Below, piece by piece: positions 39,933 to 49,947 of a stretch of DNA of 64,000 nucleotides. Origin of the DNA: Candidatus Eiseniibacteriota bacterium (lineage in GTDB: Bacteria; Eisenbacteria; RBG-16-71-46; CAZAMP01); NCBI GenBank assembly GCA_965224245.1, contig OZ245046.1, forward strand, positions 6,176,001 to 6,240,000, written 5' to 3'. Numbering within the stretch: the first letter of the stretch is position 1; every line of letters begins with the position of its first letter. Position numbers and translations under genes: made by a program. The notes under the pieces are model-generated. The model was not told where the DNA came from and ran no database searches. It was given only the letters and a program-made list of their open reading frames with translations.

Positions 39933-40075
39933 TCCTCGTATCCGGCAATTCGCCTCCAACCCATCCCGCAACCGCTTGAACGCCATCCCGAACGTCGCCT
40001 CGTCCTCCCAGCCCCGGAAGTCGACGGTGTAGTCGGCTCGCTTCATGTGGGCCAGCTCAAGCCGTGGCGGCTGAC
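39933..40075 (-). pseudogene. C-terminal remnant of a paralogous TIR gene
   Basis: Translates MKRADYTVDFRGWEDEATFGMAFKRLRDGLEANCRIRG versus LKRTYNIISFEGWEDAAVFERQFAKLWEGLEENYRIRG at the end of the intact gene. Confidence 0.8.
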
Positions 40076-40086
40076 TCTCCCAAGTG

Positions 40087-41736
40087 CTATCGATCCGGCT
40101 CTCCGATGACTTGCGTTCCCGCCAGCTGCCGGACTACTGCGATCGAGAGGTCCAACGATTTCTCGAGCAGCGCTTTGTCAACGAGTTCGGCATCGTCCCC
40201 GGGAGTATGGTATTCGGGGAACATACCACCACCCATCGTGACGATGGCTATTCCGTGCAAGTAGTAGCTGTATCCGTCGCTCCCACGGATCGTCTGACCA
40301 TCAGCGTCGAGCGTCGCGGTGTGCATTCCGCCGAGCTCATGGGCAATCTCGTCCAGCCCGGGTAGCAGACCTGGTGGCGCGACGGTCAGCAGTTCCCCGT
40401 CGCTGCTGCGCCCCACGTGCTCGAGATTCAAGCCCGCGACAAGTCGCCCCGCCGGTGGCGCGGTCAGGAAGTGCAGCGATCCGAAGTGCCCCACTTCCTC
40501 GCCGGTGAAGAGGACGAACAGTATCGAGCGCGAGGGCGGCGATGGCACCAGCCGAGGCGCGGCCGCCAGTACCACGGCACAGCCACTGGCGTCATCGTTG
40601 GCTCCGTTGTGGGTTTCTCCGTTCATCACACCGAGGTGATCAAGGTGCGCGCTCAGGGTTACGTACTCCTCGGGCCGCTCTGTTCCCCGGACGAAGCCAC
40701 CCAGGTTGGCCGAGGTCACGATGTCGCGCTCGGAGTCGATCGTCACGTGTAGTCGCACATGTTCGACCACGAACGAGGCTGCGGTCTCGCTCTCGGCCAA
40801 CGGGTCGAGGCCGCTGCCCGCGAAGAGAAACTGCATCTGGTCCTCGGACAAGACCACCACAGGAACTTCACAGTCTGCCTGGGCACCACCCAGGTAGCGC
40901 TGCGCGGCCGCATAGACGGCTTCGGAGAACGACTCGCCGACGATGTCCCATGCGTCGTAGACCTCGAGTGAAGGCACGATGATCAGGCCGATTGCTCCCG
41001 CCCGAAGGGCTGCGTCGAGAATGCGGTCACCGCTCCGGTCCACGTTGCCGTAGATCACCTCCAGCTCCGGGCTCAGGTGCTCGGGGCGGCCCTCCCGCAG
41101 AACCACCCACTTACCCCGAGCGTCGATGCCGTCATAGTCGTCCCGACCGAGTTCCGGTTCCCGAATGCCGTAGCCGACGTAAGCCACGCCACCCGAAACG
41201 GGCGTGCCTGCATGGCCCGGTCGGAACACGAGCATGTCCTGCGGAGAAGTCAGCTCCCGGCGCTCGTCGCCGCGATCGAGAGTGCCTCGAGTACGTCCTC
41301 CCAACCGGTAGCGCACCACCGGTACCTCTTGCCGGAAGGTCCGGCGGCCGTCTCCGTCCACAAAGGCGGGTTCGAGACCGACCGCGGCCATTACCGACTC
41401 GGCGTAGCACAGCGCCCGCGCCATGCCCGGATGCCCGAGCCCGCGGCCTTCCATCGCATCGTCAGCCAGGATCCGGACGTGGGTCATGGCACTGGAACCG
41501 ATCTCGTGGCCGACCCCCGTCGCCGGGTCGGTTCCTTCAGCCGCGGTGCCGGTGCCTCGGCCAGCGGCGATGATGACGAGGATCACCTGAAGGCAGCTCC
41601 GGAGTGCCACCGGTCTTCGAGCGCGGGGATGAGTGCGCCGGCACGCGTGGCTCATGCCCACATTACCCGCGGAGAACTCGCTTCGGGGTGTCGCGCCTGC
41701 CCGCGCTCGGGCGAACACCAGCGTCGCTCCTCTCAT
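40087..41736 (-). CDS. M28 family metallo-aminopeptidase with PA domain
   Basis: LADDAMEGRG, YVGYGI..DDYDGIDARGK, SAHLDHLG, NGANDDASG, FTGEEVG, YHTPGD; ATGA overlap with the S9 stop. Confidence 0.9.
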   Translation of the reverse strand: MRGATLVFARARAGATPRSEFSAGNVGMSHACRRTHPRARRPVALRSCLQVILVIIAAGRGTGTAAEGTDPATGVGHEIGSSAMTHVRILADDAMEGRGLGHPGMARALCYAESVMAAVGLEPAFVDGDGRRTFRQEVPVVRYRLGGRTRGTLDRGDERRELTSPQDMLVFRPGHAGTPVSGGVAYVGYGIREPELGRDDYDGIDARGKWVVLREGRPEHLSPELEVIYGNVDRSGDRILDAALRAGAIGLIIVPSLEVYDAWDIVGESFSEAVYAAAQRYLGGAQADCEVPVVVLSEDQMQFLFAGSGLDPLAESETAASFVVEHVRLHVTIDSERDIVTSANLGGFVRGTERPEEYVTLSAHLDHLGVMNGETHNGANDDASGCAVVLAAAPRLVPSPPSRSILFVLFTGEEVGHFGSLHFLTAPPAGRLVAGLNLEHVGRSSDGELLTVAPPGLLPGLDEIAHELGGMHTATLDADGQTIRGSDGYSYYLHGIAIVTMGGGMFPEYHTPGDDAELVDKALLEKSLDLSIAVVRQLAGTQVIGEPDR

Positions 41737-44087
41737 TGATCTGGATCTCCTTGGTAGAAGAGACCTGACACGGCATTCCTCGGTTCTCCGAGAAGATGGG
41801 TGCCGAAGTAGTCCAACATCAGGCCGTAGCAGTAGCGCCATCCGCCGAGATCATGCCCGGCGCCGGGGACCACGAACATGTCGAAGCGCTTCCCGGCTCG
41901 AATGAAGGCGTCGGCCTGCCGGAAGAGGTGAGATAGCGGTACGAGATCGTCCATCGATCCATTGATCATCAGCAAATGCCCCTGGAGGTTCTCGGCGATA
42001 TCGAGATTGCCCTCGGCACTGGCCTGCCAGGAGACGGCGCCACTCTCCGTGCCGACCTGCGTCACGCCAGCGTAGCGCTCGACCCACTCATTGGAGTAGA
42101 GCATGGGGTCGTTCGGAGCAGTCATCGCGACCCCGACCTTGAAGAACTCTGGATACAGCAGCATGGCGGACACTGCCATGAAGCCGCCAGACGAGCCCCC
42201 GAAGATGCCCACCCGGTCGACGTCGATCCACGGGTGTCGCGCGCCGAGCGCTTCGATGACGGCCTTTTTGTCGGGGAGTCCATAGCCGCGAAAGTCGTCG
42301 CGACCGAATTCGCGGTAGGCGGATCCACGCTCCCAGGTCCCACCTCGGTTTCCGAAGCGGACCACGATGCACCCGAGCTGTGCGACGCTCGTCTCCATGT
42401 TCACGGGCCAGAACGTGCGGGGGATGTACTCCCCTTGCCTGCCTGGATAGACGAAGGTGACGAGGGGGTAACGACGTGTCGGGTCAAAGTCGAACGGCTT
42501 CCACATCACTCCCCACTGCTCCGTCTTTCCATCGGCACCGGGCACATGGAAGACCTCCGGCGGTTTCCATCCCGCGTCCATGAGACTGCTCGTGTCGGCG
42601 TGGTCCAGCTCGAGGATCAAGGCACCGTCCGCATTGCGCAGCACAGTGCGGGTGGGTTGCTCCACGCGAGAGTAGGAGTCCGTGAAGTAATCTCCGCTCG
42701 GGGCAAGGTGGCATCGATGCTCGGCATCCTCGGGTGTGAGCAACCGAGGCTGGCCACCGTCGAGTGCCACCCGATAAAGGTGGCGGTTGTAGGGGTTGCG
42801 CCCACTCTCACGACCCATACCGGTAAAGAAGACGATCTCTCCATCGTCGCCAAAGCCCGCGACCTCATCGACCATCCACGGTCCTTCCGTGACTCGGTTC
42901 ACGAGGGTTCCATCGAGTGCGTAGCGGTACAGATGTCCCCAGCCATCGCGCATCGACCACCAGAGGAGTTCCTTCCGTGCAGGGACCAGTGTGGGCTCGC
43001 GCGTGTAGACCATGCCGTCTTGCGTCTCCTCGACGACTACTCGCGTCGCACCTGTTGATGGATCCGCTGCGCAAAGATCCAGCCGTGTGTAATCTCTATG
43101 TCGGCGAGTGAAGAGAAGCTCGCTTCCATCGGGTAGCCACCAGAGGTTCACCCCGAACAGATCTCCGAGCGTCTGGTTGGGCCACCGCTCCACCTCCACC
43201 TGGGTCATGCGCGCGGATCCGGTGGAGGACCTGTCCATCTCACCTATCCAGAGCTCCCAGCGCGGAACCCTTCCGCCCACGGAAGGAGACTTGATCGTCT
43301 GCAGGGTCGGTCGTGGCTCGGAAATGTCGTCGATCAGCCACAGATCATCCACATCCCGAAGGTCTGCGCGTTTGACCGCAAAGTGGTGCGAATCCGGGGA
43401 CCACGAGACGGCGACGGCCCGGGGGCTCATCTCGTCATCGCCAACCAGCTCCCATTCGTCGCCCCAGCTGTTCGCGTAACTGCCATCGGATGTCAGCCGG
43501 ACGGCCTTCTCCGGTGGTTGATCCCCTGAGGACAGATAAAGTTCGTTGCCGCGTGCGAAGATGCACCACCGACCATCCGGGGAGAGTGCGCGCCACGCTT
43601 CCACAGGTGGATCGGTGGCAAGGGAGTCGATGAAGCTGAGTCGTTTGTCGTGGCGATCGTATGCGTACGTAGCTCCTGCGTGGTCGAACTCGAACTGCCG
43701 GTGCCCCTCGCGCAATGTGATCCGACGGAGGTCGAGCTGCGTTGCATCCGACCTGGTCCCGGTCAGACGTTCGAGCGCTGCGGCGAGAACGGTCGAAGCG
43801 AACAGCGGTTCCCGTAGGGCCCGCGACGGATCGATCAACCAGTAGTGCCGTCCGACGTGATCGAGAAACCGGTACCAGAAGACCGCCTCGCCGTCCGCCC
43901 ATTGTGGCTGGATCTCGGTGCTATACATGAGATCGTAGAGTCCAATCGGAGACCACCGCGCCGCGCCTTCGTAGTCGACACGCTCGACACTCTCTCCTGC
44001 GATCAACTCGGCGGGCGAAGCCGAGGCTGTGAGGCAGACGAGCCAGAGCGCTCGAGAGATCGTGGCCGAACGGAGGAAGCGACGCAT
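41733..44087 (-). CDS. S9 family (DPP IV-like) peptidase
   Basis: Signal peptide; DPPIV_N propeller (RDGWGHLY); KPFDFDPTRRYP; nucleophile motif GGSSGG; GSMDDLV; GAGH. Confidence 0.92.
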   Translation of the reverse strand: MRRFLRSATISRALWLVCLTASASPAELIAGESVERVDYEGAARWSPIGLYDLMYSTEIQPQWADGEAVFWYRFLDHVGRHYWLIDPSRALREPLFASTVLAAALERLTGTRSDATQLDLRRITLREGHRQFEFDHAGATYAYDRHDKRLSFIDSLATDPPVEAWRALSPDGRWCIFARGNELYLSSGDQPPEKAVRLTSDGSYANSWGDEWELVGDDEMSPRAVAVSWSPDSHHFAVKRADLRDVDDLWLIDDISEPRPTLQTIKSPSVGGRVPRWELWIGEMDRSSTGSARMTQVEVERWPNQTLGDLFGVNLWWLPDGSELLFTRRHRDYTRLDLCAADPSTGATRVVVEETQDGMVYTREPTLVPARKELLWWSMRDGWGHLYRYALDGTLVNRVTEGPWMVDEVAGFGDDGEIVFFTGMGRESGRNPYNRHLYRVALDGGQPRLLTPEDAEHRCHLAPSGDYFTDSYSRVEQPTRTVLRNADGALILELDHADTSSLMDAGWKPPEVFHVPGADGKTEQWGVMWKPFDFDPTRRYPLVTFVYPGRQGEYIPRTFWPVNMETSVAQLGCIVVRFGNRGGTWERGSAYREFGRDDFRGYGLPDKKAVIEALGARHPWIDVDRVGIFGGSSGGFMAVSAMLLYPEFFKVGVAMTAPNDPMLYSNEWVERYAGVTQVGTESGAVSWQASAEGNLDIAENLQGHLLMINGSMDDLVPLSHLFRQADAFIRAGKRFDMFVVPGAGHDLGGWRYCYGLMLDYFGTHLLGEPRNAVSGLFYQGDPDQ

Positions 44088-44092
44088 CGGGC

Positions 44093-45010
44093 TCAGTCTC
44101 CACTTGATTTGGGGGGGCTGTCGGGCTCCTCCTGCGTGCCTCCCTCGCCGCACAACTCACGGAAGCCGAGATCTCCGCCGGGAGGGAACTCCTCGAGCAG
44201 GTGTTGGTACTCGGTGCGCAATTCCGAAACGGAGCGTGCGTTCTCCAGCAGAGCCGTAAAGGAGTAGAGGAACAGATCACTGTTGACGTACGAGTAGAAC
44301 TGGCGAGCGAGGAAAAGACTCTCGCTCCACGCCGCTTCCAACACCTCCGTCCCACCATGGGCGATCAGCGCCATGAGGAACTGCCTCCCATCGACAAAGA
44401 GCGTGAGCCACTGCGATCCCACCGCTCGTCGCGTGGCTTCTCCCATCGGGCTGTGGATGGTGCGCACACCCTCGAGCACCTCGCCGGCGTAGGTACGCAC
44501 GGCGACGCGCAGATCTCGGCGTCCGGCAGCAGCCAGGTCGTCGCGAAGATGCTCGATGGGCTCGGGGGACAGCTCGGATAGAGCGCTCTGCTCGCACGCG
44601 CGCAGCATGTGCCGGTAGCGTTCGTAGATCTGTGAGACTGATCCCAAACGGTAGATGCGGTTCTCACGTCCGCTATCGGGTAATGCCGCGGCGGCCTCGA
44701 GGACCTGGGTCCGACGCGCGCGGAATCGAGACTCGAGCTGCTCGAGGAACTCGGGAACGGCAACCGCGCGAAACCGACCTCCCTTGTCGTCCTCAGACAG
44801 CAGCGCCCCCTGGGCCTTGAGTGACTCGAGTGAACGGTAGGTGGTGGTAAACGAACGTCCGAGCGCCTTCGCGATCCTGTACCCCGTGGCGGGTGGGGAC
44901 TGGAGGAGATACGAGTAGATCTCAGCCTCCAGCACGCTAAGCCCAAGTTCTTGAAGAAGTTGGGTGAATTCATCATTCTGGCTCGAGCGCCGTTCATTAT
45001 TCATCCTCAT
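44093..45010 (-). CDS. TrmB family transcriptional regulator
   Basis: LQELGLSVLEAEIYSYLL...TGYRIAKALG...YRSLESLKAQG wHTH; C-terminal LFVDGRQFL sensor-like domain. Confidence 0.85.
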   Translation of the reverse strand: MRMNNERRSSQNDEFTQLLQELGLSVLEAEIYSYLLQSPPATGYRIAKALGRSFTTTYRSLESLKAQGALLSEDDKGGRFRAVAVPEFLEQLESRFRARRTQVLEAAAALPDSGRENRIYRLGSVSQIYERYRHMLRACEQSALSELSPEPIEHLRDDLAAAGRRDLRVAVRTYAGEVLEGVRTIHSPMGEATRRAVGSQWLTLFVDGRQFLMALIAHGGTEVLEAAWSESLFLARQFYSYVNSDLFLYSFTALLENARSVSELRTEYQHLLEEFPPGGDLGFRELCGEGGTQEEPDSPPKSSGD

Positions 45011-45080
45011 GTGGATGAGTATCGTCCTCGCGCCGGCAGCGGTCAAGTCGTGAATCCGCGACGGTGGAGGGAATCGCCAA

Positions 45081-46456
45081 GGTAGTGCACGGATTCTTTC
45101 GCTCTTTCAGTCGTCCTTCAGTCTGCTTGACCTGAGAGCGAGCGTCAGCTCGCGTTCCGCTTCTTCTCCTTCTCGAGCAGCTCCATCGCCAGGTACTTCC
45201 TCAGACCCCACTTGGTCCCCGCGATGTGCCTGAGACGTGCGGCGACGAGCATCAGCGCTGACTTTCCATCCGGGAAGGCACCGACAACGCGGGTGCGTCT
45301 TCGGATCTCTCGCATGATCCGTTCGAGCGGGTTGTTGGTCCGGATCCGGCGCCAGTGCTCGCTCGGGAACCCGTAGTAGCTGAGGGTCTCCTCGACGCCC
45401 TCCGAGACGATCTCGGCCGCCTTCGTCAGCTTCATCGCCCGGAGCTTCTTGGCCACCGTCTTGGCCTTCGCACGAGCCTCTGCACGGTCTTCCTGCGCGT
45501 GGATGGCCTTCAGCATCGACACCACGTCGCGCATCCGACCTCTCGGCGTCGCCGTCATCACGTTCCGGTAGAAGTGCACGATGCACCGCTGCCACTTCGC
45601 GTCGGGGAAGCACTCCCCGAGCGCCTCCACCAGCCCTAGGCACTTGTCACTGGTGACGAGCTGGACGCCGGACAGGCCCCGTCGCTTCAGATGCCTCAGG
45701 AAGCCCAGCCAGCTCTCGTGGTCCTCTTTCGCGCCCTCGGCCACCCCGAGGATGTGGCGGTAGCCGTCCGTACCCACACCGAACGCCACGAGCACCGAGA
45801 CGCTGTGCACCTCGCCGCCCCAGCTCCGCTTCAGGTAGATCCCGTCCAGGTACACGTACGGGTACTCACCCTCGATCGGACGGTCGCGCCAGGCGTCGAT
45901 CCGGTCGTAGATCCGCTGGTTCAGGTCCGACACCGTGCTCGGGCTCACGCGGGTGCCCCAGAGCGCTTCGGTGATGTCTTCCACGCGCCGGACCGACACG
46001 CCCGCCAGGTACATCTCCACCAACGCCTCTTCCACCGAGCTCTCGCGCCGCCGATAGCGCTCGATGATCGACGTCTCGAACGGGACCGAACGGAGCTTCG
46101 GCACCTTCAGCGTCACCTCGCCGGCCTTCGTCTGCAGCTTCCGCTCGTACTTCCCGGCGCGCGTGTCCACGCGATCGGGCGAGCGCTCGTAGCGCCCCGC
46201 GCCGCAGAGACGGTCCGCTTCAGCGTCCAGCAGGCTGTTCAGCGTCTCCTCCACGGTCCCCCGGACGATCCGATCGACGTGCGCCGTCATCTCCGCCTCG
46301 TCGATCTTGATCACCTTCGACAGCGCGCGCGGTGTATCCTTCGACACGTGGTCCTCCTGGTCCTGGTTCGTGGGTTGTCTAGCCACTTCCATTGAACCAG
46401 ACTGAGGACCACTTTTCCGTCTCTACCGGAGTGTGCGAAAGAAACCGTACGTTATC
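45081..46456 (-). mobile_element. Intact IS256-family element with 8-bp TSD ATCGCCAA
   Basis: TIRs GGTAGTGCACGGATTCTTTCGC / GATAACGTACGGTTTCTTTCGC (17/22); ATCGCCAA at 45073-45080 and 46457-46464. Confidence 0.92.
45145..46392 (-). CDS. IS256 family transposase
   Basis: EMYLAGVSVRRV, YVYLDG, LVTSD, WQRCIVHFYRN, RTNNPLERIMREIRRR; probable real start is a GTG near 46350. Confidence 0.95.
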   Translation of the reverse strand: MEVARQPTNQDQEDHVSKDTPRALSKVIKIDEAEMTAHVDRIVRGTVEETLNSLLDAEADRLCGAGRYERSPDRVDTRAGKYERKLQTKAGEVTLKVPKLRSVPFETSIIERYRRRESSVEEALVEMYLAGVSVRRVEDITEALWGTRVSPSTVSDLNQRIYDRIDAWRDRPIEGEYPYVYLDGIYLKRSWGGEVHSVSVLVAFGVGTDGYRHILGVAEGAKEDHESWLGFLRHLKRRGLSGVQLVTSDKCLGLVEALGECFPDAKWQRCIVHFYRNVMTATPRGRMRDVVSMLKAIHAQEDRAEARAKAKTVAKKLRAMKLTKAAEIVSEGVEETLSYYGFPSEHWRRIRTNNPLERIMREIRRRTRVVGAFPDGKSALMLVAARLRHIAGTKWGLRKYLAMELLEKEKKRNAS

Positions 46457-46499
46457 ATCGCCAAACCACCGGCTCGCGATCGGGGAGTGCCACGAAGCA

Positions 46500-46855
46500 C
46501 CAGGATGCCGTAGAGCGTGAAGCAGGACGGCTGTCGTCACGGCGGCGCGCCAGATGCCCCGGGGCTCCAATGCTCGCAGAATCAGTCCTCGGTAGAGAAC
46601 ATCCTCGACGAACGCACCGAGCAACGTAAGGAAGAGCAACCCGGCGACTCGCGTCGGAGAAGGATTACGATCGGCAGCGACAGGGAGAGGTCGACCCCCA
46701 TCACATTCAGATTCAGGTAGTGGAGACTGAATAGGTAGATGAAGAGAAACAGCGTGAGGATCGAAGCGTACAGGATGTAGATCGACAGCAACCTGTTTCG
46801 CATCTTGCTGAAGACGAGGCCTGTGATGGCGAGTGAGCCGACGCCGGTCAGTACG
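46500..46855 (-). pseudogene. Fragmented membrane-protein gene, partly CPBP (CAAX/Abi) protease-like
   Basis: Hydrophobic segment, then frameshifted GAFVEDVLYRGLILRAL...TTAVLLHALRH resembling EExxFRG...FxxxH. Confidence 0.5.
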
Positions 46856-46858
46856 AGC

Positions 46859-49800
46859 CTACCTCGCACCCTTCGCCGATAGCAGAACCATCTTCCTCGT
46901 CTCCCTCCGGTCGTTCGCTTCCACGCGGCAGAAGTACACGCCCGGGGGAACCCGGCCGCCGTCGAAGAGGAGTTCATGGCGTCCCGGGGCGAGTGGCCCA
47001 TCGACGAGGGTCTCCATGAGCCGCCCCGCCGCATCGTAGACGAGCACCTTCGCGTGTCCCGCCGTCTCGAGACGAAGCTCGAGCCGCGTCTCACCAGAAA
47101 ACGGATTGGGAACGTTTGGGGACAGCATCCGGCCGTCCGGATCGATCGGCGGCGCTTCGGGATCTCCGCCGCCGGCGATCCCACCCCGGAAGAAGCGCTC
47201 GTGATACAGGCTCGTTCCGGCGGAGTCGAGGACGTCGAAATCGAAGAACGGCTCACCGCGGGCCGCCGAGCTCCCCGTATCCAGGACGAAGGCCCCGAAG
47301 TTGTACGTCTCCGCCTCGAAGAGAACGTCCGTGACCGCCGCATCGACCGGGGTGACCGGGAACGGGTCGGTCCCGATCGGCGTGGTGTTGAACTCGTGGA
47401 GCACGTACGGATCCGCGTCATGCAACCGGTAGACGCCGGCGTAATGCTGATCGCCCGAGAGGAGCACCACCCCCGGCGGCACCTGGTCACGGATGAACGC
47501 GAAGATCTCGTCTCGCTCGGTGAGATACCCCGACCACTTGTCGTTGTGAGTCTCCGCGAAGGTGCGCCATGGAACCGAAGAAACGATGAACCGGAACACG
47601 CCGTCGGAGTTCGCCAGCCAGTCGAGCAACGCCGCCTTCTGCGTGGCTCCGAGCATGGTCTTGAAGGAATCGTCCGGCGCCGCGTTGTCACTTCGATACG
47701 TGCGCGTGTCGAGAACGAAGAAGTCCACCTGCCCGACCCGGAAGTCGTAGTACTCGACCCCGTAGGGTCGAAATCCCGGGTTCATCGCGTCCTGGTACTC
47801 ATCGTACGCGGCCACTGCATCGTAGTACCGCTCGAACTGCCCCTGGTCCCAATCGTTGTCGATCTCGTGATCGTCCCAGATCATGATCGTCGAATGGCTT
47901 CGAACGTAGTCCGCCATGCGACGTTCGCCCCAGTTCTCCTTGTACTTCCGGCGGTACGCCGCCCGCACGTCCGGCAACTGGCCGGGAACCCCGGTAACGA
48001 TGTCGTTCGGTGCGTCCGCGTAGATCTGGTCCCCCATCAGCAGCGTGAAGTCCGCGTCGCGCGCGGCCATCGCGACGAAGGGGTCGTACGGGTTGTACCC
48101 CGCGAAGCGCAGGTCCCCCGCCATCAGAAACGTGAACGTTCCCGACACGCTGGCGGGTGGTAGCGTACGAAAGGTCGAAACCGTCGTGGAGTCGACGACG
48201 CCGTCGAAGAGGACGCGGTAGTCATACGTCGTCGAGGCCGCGAGCCCGATGAGCGTCGTCGCATCCGCGAAGTCGTCCGTCGCCACGAGAGGTACCCCGG
48301 CGCTGGTCGTCCCGGGCCACGGGTCCTCAGGGAGCTTGAACTGCACGGTGAGGGTTGCCGCACGATCTGCGCGGGCCCAGACCTTCGCGGTCGAGTCGGT
48401 GGTCGCGCCAACGGCCCCGCCGTGCGTGAGACGCGGCTGTGCCCCGAACCCGGCCGCCACGAGCACCGCGCCGGAGGCAGGTGCGGACCAGGGCGCCTCT
48501 CCCGGGGATCCGACCGCCAGGTCCGCGCAGCCGTCCCCGTTCCAGTCGGCGATCGCCAGCGCGAAGCCAAACGCATCGCCCTCTTCGCTGCTGGTTCCCA
48601 CGAGCTCCTGCGTCAGCAGGTCGCCGGTCGTGATCCCGGCAGGTCCGCCGGGGAAGAGGACGACCGCCCCGGCGGCGTCCGGATCCGGCGCCGGGCGCTC
48701 GTCGGGAGCGCCCGCGGCCAGGTCGTCGAAGCCGTCTCCGTTCAGATCCCCGGCCGCGAGCGATGCGCCGAAGTGATCGGCGGTCTCGCTCACCTCGCCC
48801 GCGTCCTCCTGGCGGATCATGATGCCCGTCGCCAGGCCGGCCTCCGATCCGAGGAAGACGTAGATGCGTCCCGATGCGTCGTCCGATGCGGACGCGTAGT
48901 CGCCCGGGGCCCCGATTGCAAGGTCGCTGAAGCCGTCGCCGTCGAAGTCGCCCGTCGTGAGCACGGAACCGAACACGGCCCCCGCGTGAACCGGCTCGCC
49001 GGCGTCCTGTGCGTCGAGGGCGACGCCTGCCGTCAAGCCGGCGGCGGATCCGTTCAGAACGAACACCGCTCCCGCGTTCGACGTCCCGCCCACGTCCTCT
49101 CCGGGGGTCCCGATCGCAAGGTCGCTGATGCCGTCACCGTCGAAGTCGCCCGCCGCGAGTGCCGCACCGAACTCGTCTCCGTTCCCGTTCGTGCCGCCGG
49201 CCAGCCCTTGATCGAGGGATGACCCCGCGCCGAGGCCGGACCCCGTTCCGGGGAAGACGTAGACCACGCCGGCCTGCGTGCCTCCGATCGACTTGCCCGG
49301 TGTCCCCACCGCGAGGTCTGGCAGTCCGTCATCGTCGAAGTCTCCCGCGGCCAGCGCTGTCCCGAATGCGTCATCCGCCTCGTCGGTCCCGCCGCCGCTG
49401 GACTCGCCGAACATGTCGCCAGCCTGCGGGCCGGCCGCCGATCCCATGAAGACGAACACCGAACCGACGTCCGCCAGCGCCCCTGACGGCCGGCCGGGCG
49501 CGCCGACGACGAGGTCCGTGTGGCCGTCGCCATCGAAGTCGGCGGTGGTGATCACGGCGCCAAAGCGGTCGCCGTCCGTTCCGGTCACGCCGGCGTCGCT
49601 CGGTTGGAGATAGCCGAAGTGCCCGGCCGCCGGGCCGGCGCCCGAGCCCTGCGACAGAATGACGACCCCGCTCCGAATGCCGGACAGCACCTCGCCCGGT
49701 ACGCCGATGGCCAGGTCCGGATAGGAATCCGGATCGAGGTGTCCGGAACCGAAGGCGGAGCCGAAGCCATCGAGACTCTCGTTCGCGCACGCGCACAGGT

Positions 49801-49930
49801 GCGGCTGGGTCAGCAGCTGAACCTCGGTCGGGCTCAGCAGGTCGGGGAAGCCCGCGTACGAGGGCTGCGGCAGGGTTGCCGCAGCAATCGCGAGGGCGGA
49901 TGAGAAGAGCATGGTCCATCGGCATTGCAT
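46859..49930 (-). CDS. Secreted FG-GAP repeat + PhoD-like metallophosphatase fusion with T9SS-like CTD
   Basis: Sec-type signal; FGxALAAGDFDGDGxxDLAIGxPG repeats; LMGDQIYAD, IWDDHEIDNDW, LDTRTYR, LSGDQH; PNPF...PGVYFCRV. Confidence 0.9.
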   Translation of the reverse strand: MQCRWTMLFSSALAIAAATLPQPSYAGFPDLLSPTEVQLLTQPHLCACANESLDGFGSAFGSGHLDPDSYPDLAIGVPGEVLSGIRSGVVILSQGSGAGPAAGHFGYLQPSDAGVTGTDGDRFGAVITTADFDGDGHTDLVVGAPGRPSGALADVGSVFVFMGSAAGPQAGDMFGESSGGGTDEADDAFGTALAAGDFDDDGLPDLAVGTPGKSIGGTQAGVVYVFPGTGSGLGAGSSLDQGLAGGTNGNGDEFGAALAAGDFDGDGISDLAIGTPGEDVGGTSNAGAVFVLNGSAAGLTAGVALDAQDAGEPVHAGAVFGSVLTTGDFDGDGFSDLAIGAPGDYASASDDASGRIYVFLGSEAGLATGIMIRQEDAGEVSETADHFGASLAAGDLNGDGFDDLAAGAPDERPAPDPDAAGAVVLFPGGPAGITTGDLLTQELVGTSSEEGDAFGFALAIADWNGDGCADLAVGSPGEAPWSAPASGAVLVAAGFGAQPRLTHGGAVGATTDSTAKVWARADRAATLTVQFKLPEDPWPGTTSAGVPLVATDDFADATTLIGLAASTTYDYRVLFDGVVDSTTVSTFRTLPPASVSGTFTFLMAGDLRFAGYNPYDPFVAMAARDADFTLLMGDQIYADAPNDIVTGVPGQLPDVRAAYRRKYKENWGERRMADYVRSHSTIMIWDDHEIDNDWDQGQFERYYDAVAAYDEYQDAMNPGFRPYGVEYYDFRVGQVDFFVLDTRTYRSDNAAPDDSFKTMLGATQKAALLDWLANSDGVFRFIVSSVPWRTFAETHNDKWSGYLTERDEIFAFIRDQVPPGVVLLSGDQHYAGVYRLHDADPYVLHEFNTTPIGTDPFPVTPVDAAVTDVLFEAETYNFGAFVLDTGSSAARGEPFFDFDVLDSAGTSLYHERFFRGGIAGGGDPEAPPIDPDGRMLSPNVPNPFSGETRLELRLETAGHAKVLVYDAAGRLMETLVDGPLAPGRHELLFDGGRVPPGVYFCRVEANDRRETRKMVLLSAKGAR

Positions 49931-49947
49931 GGCGCTTCGCCTGACCC

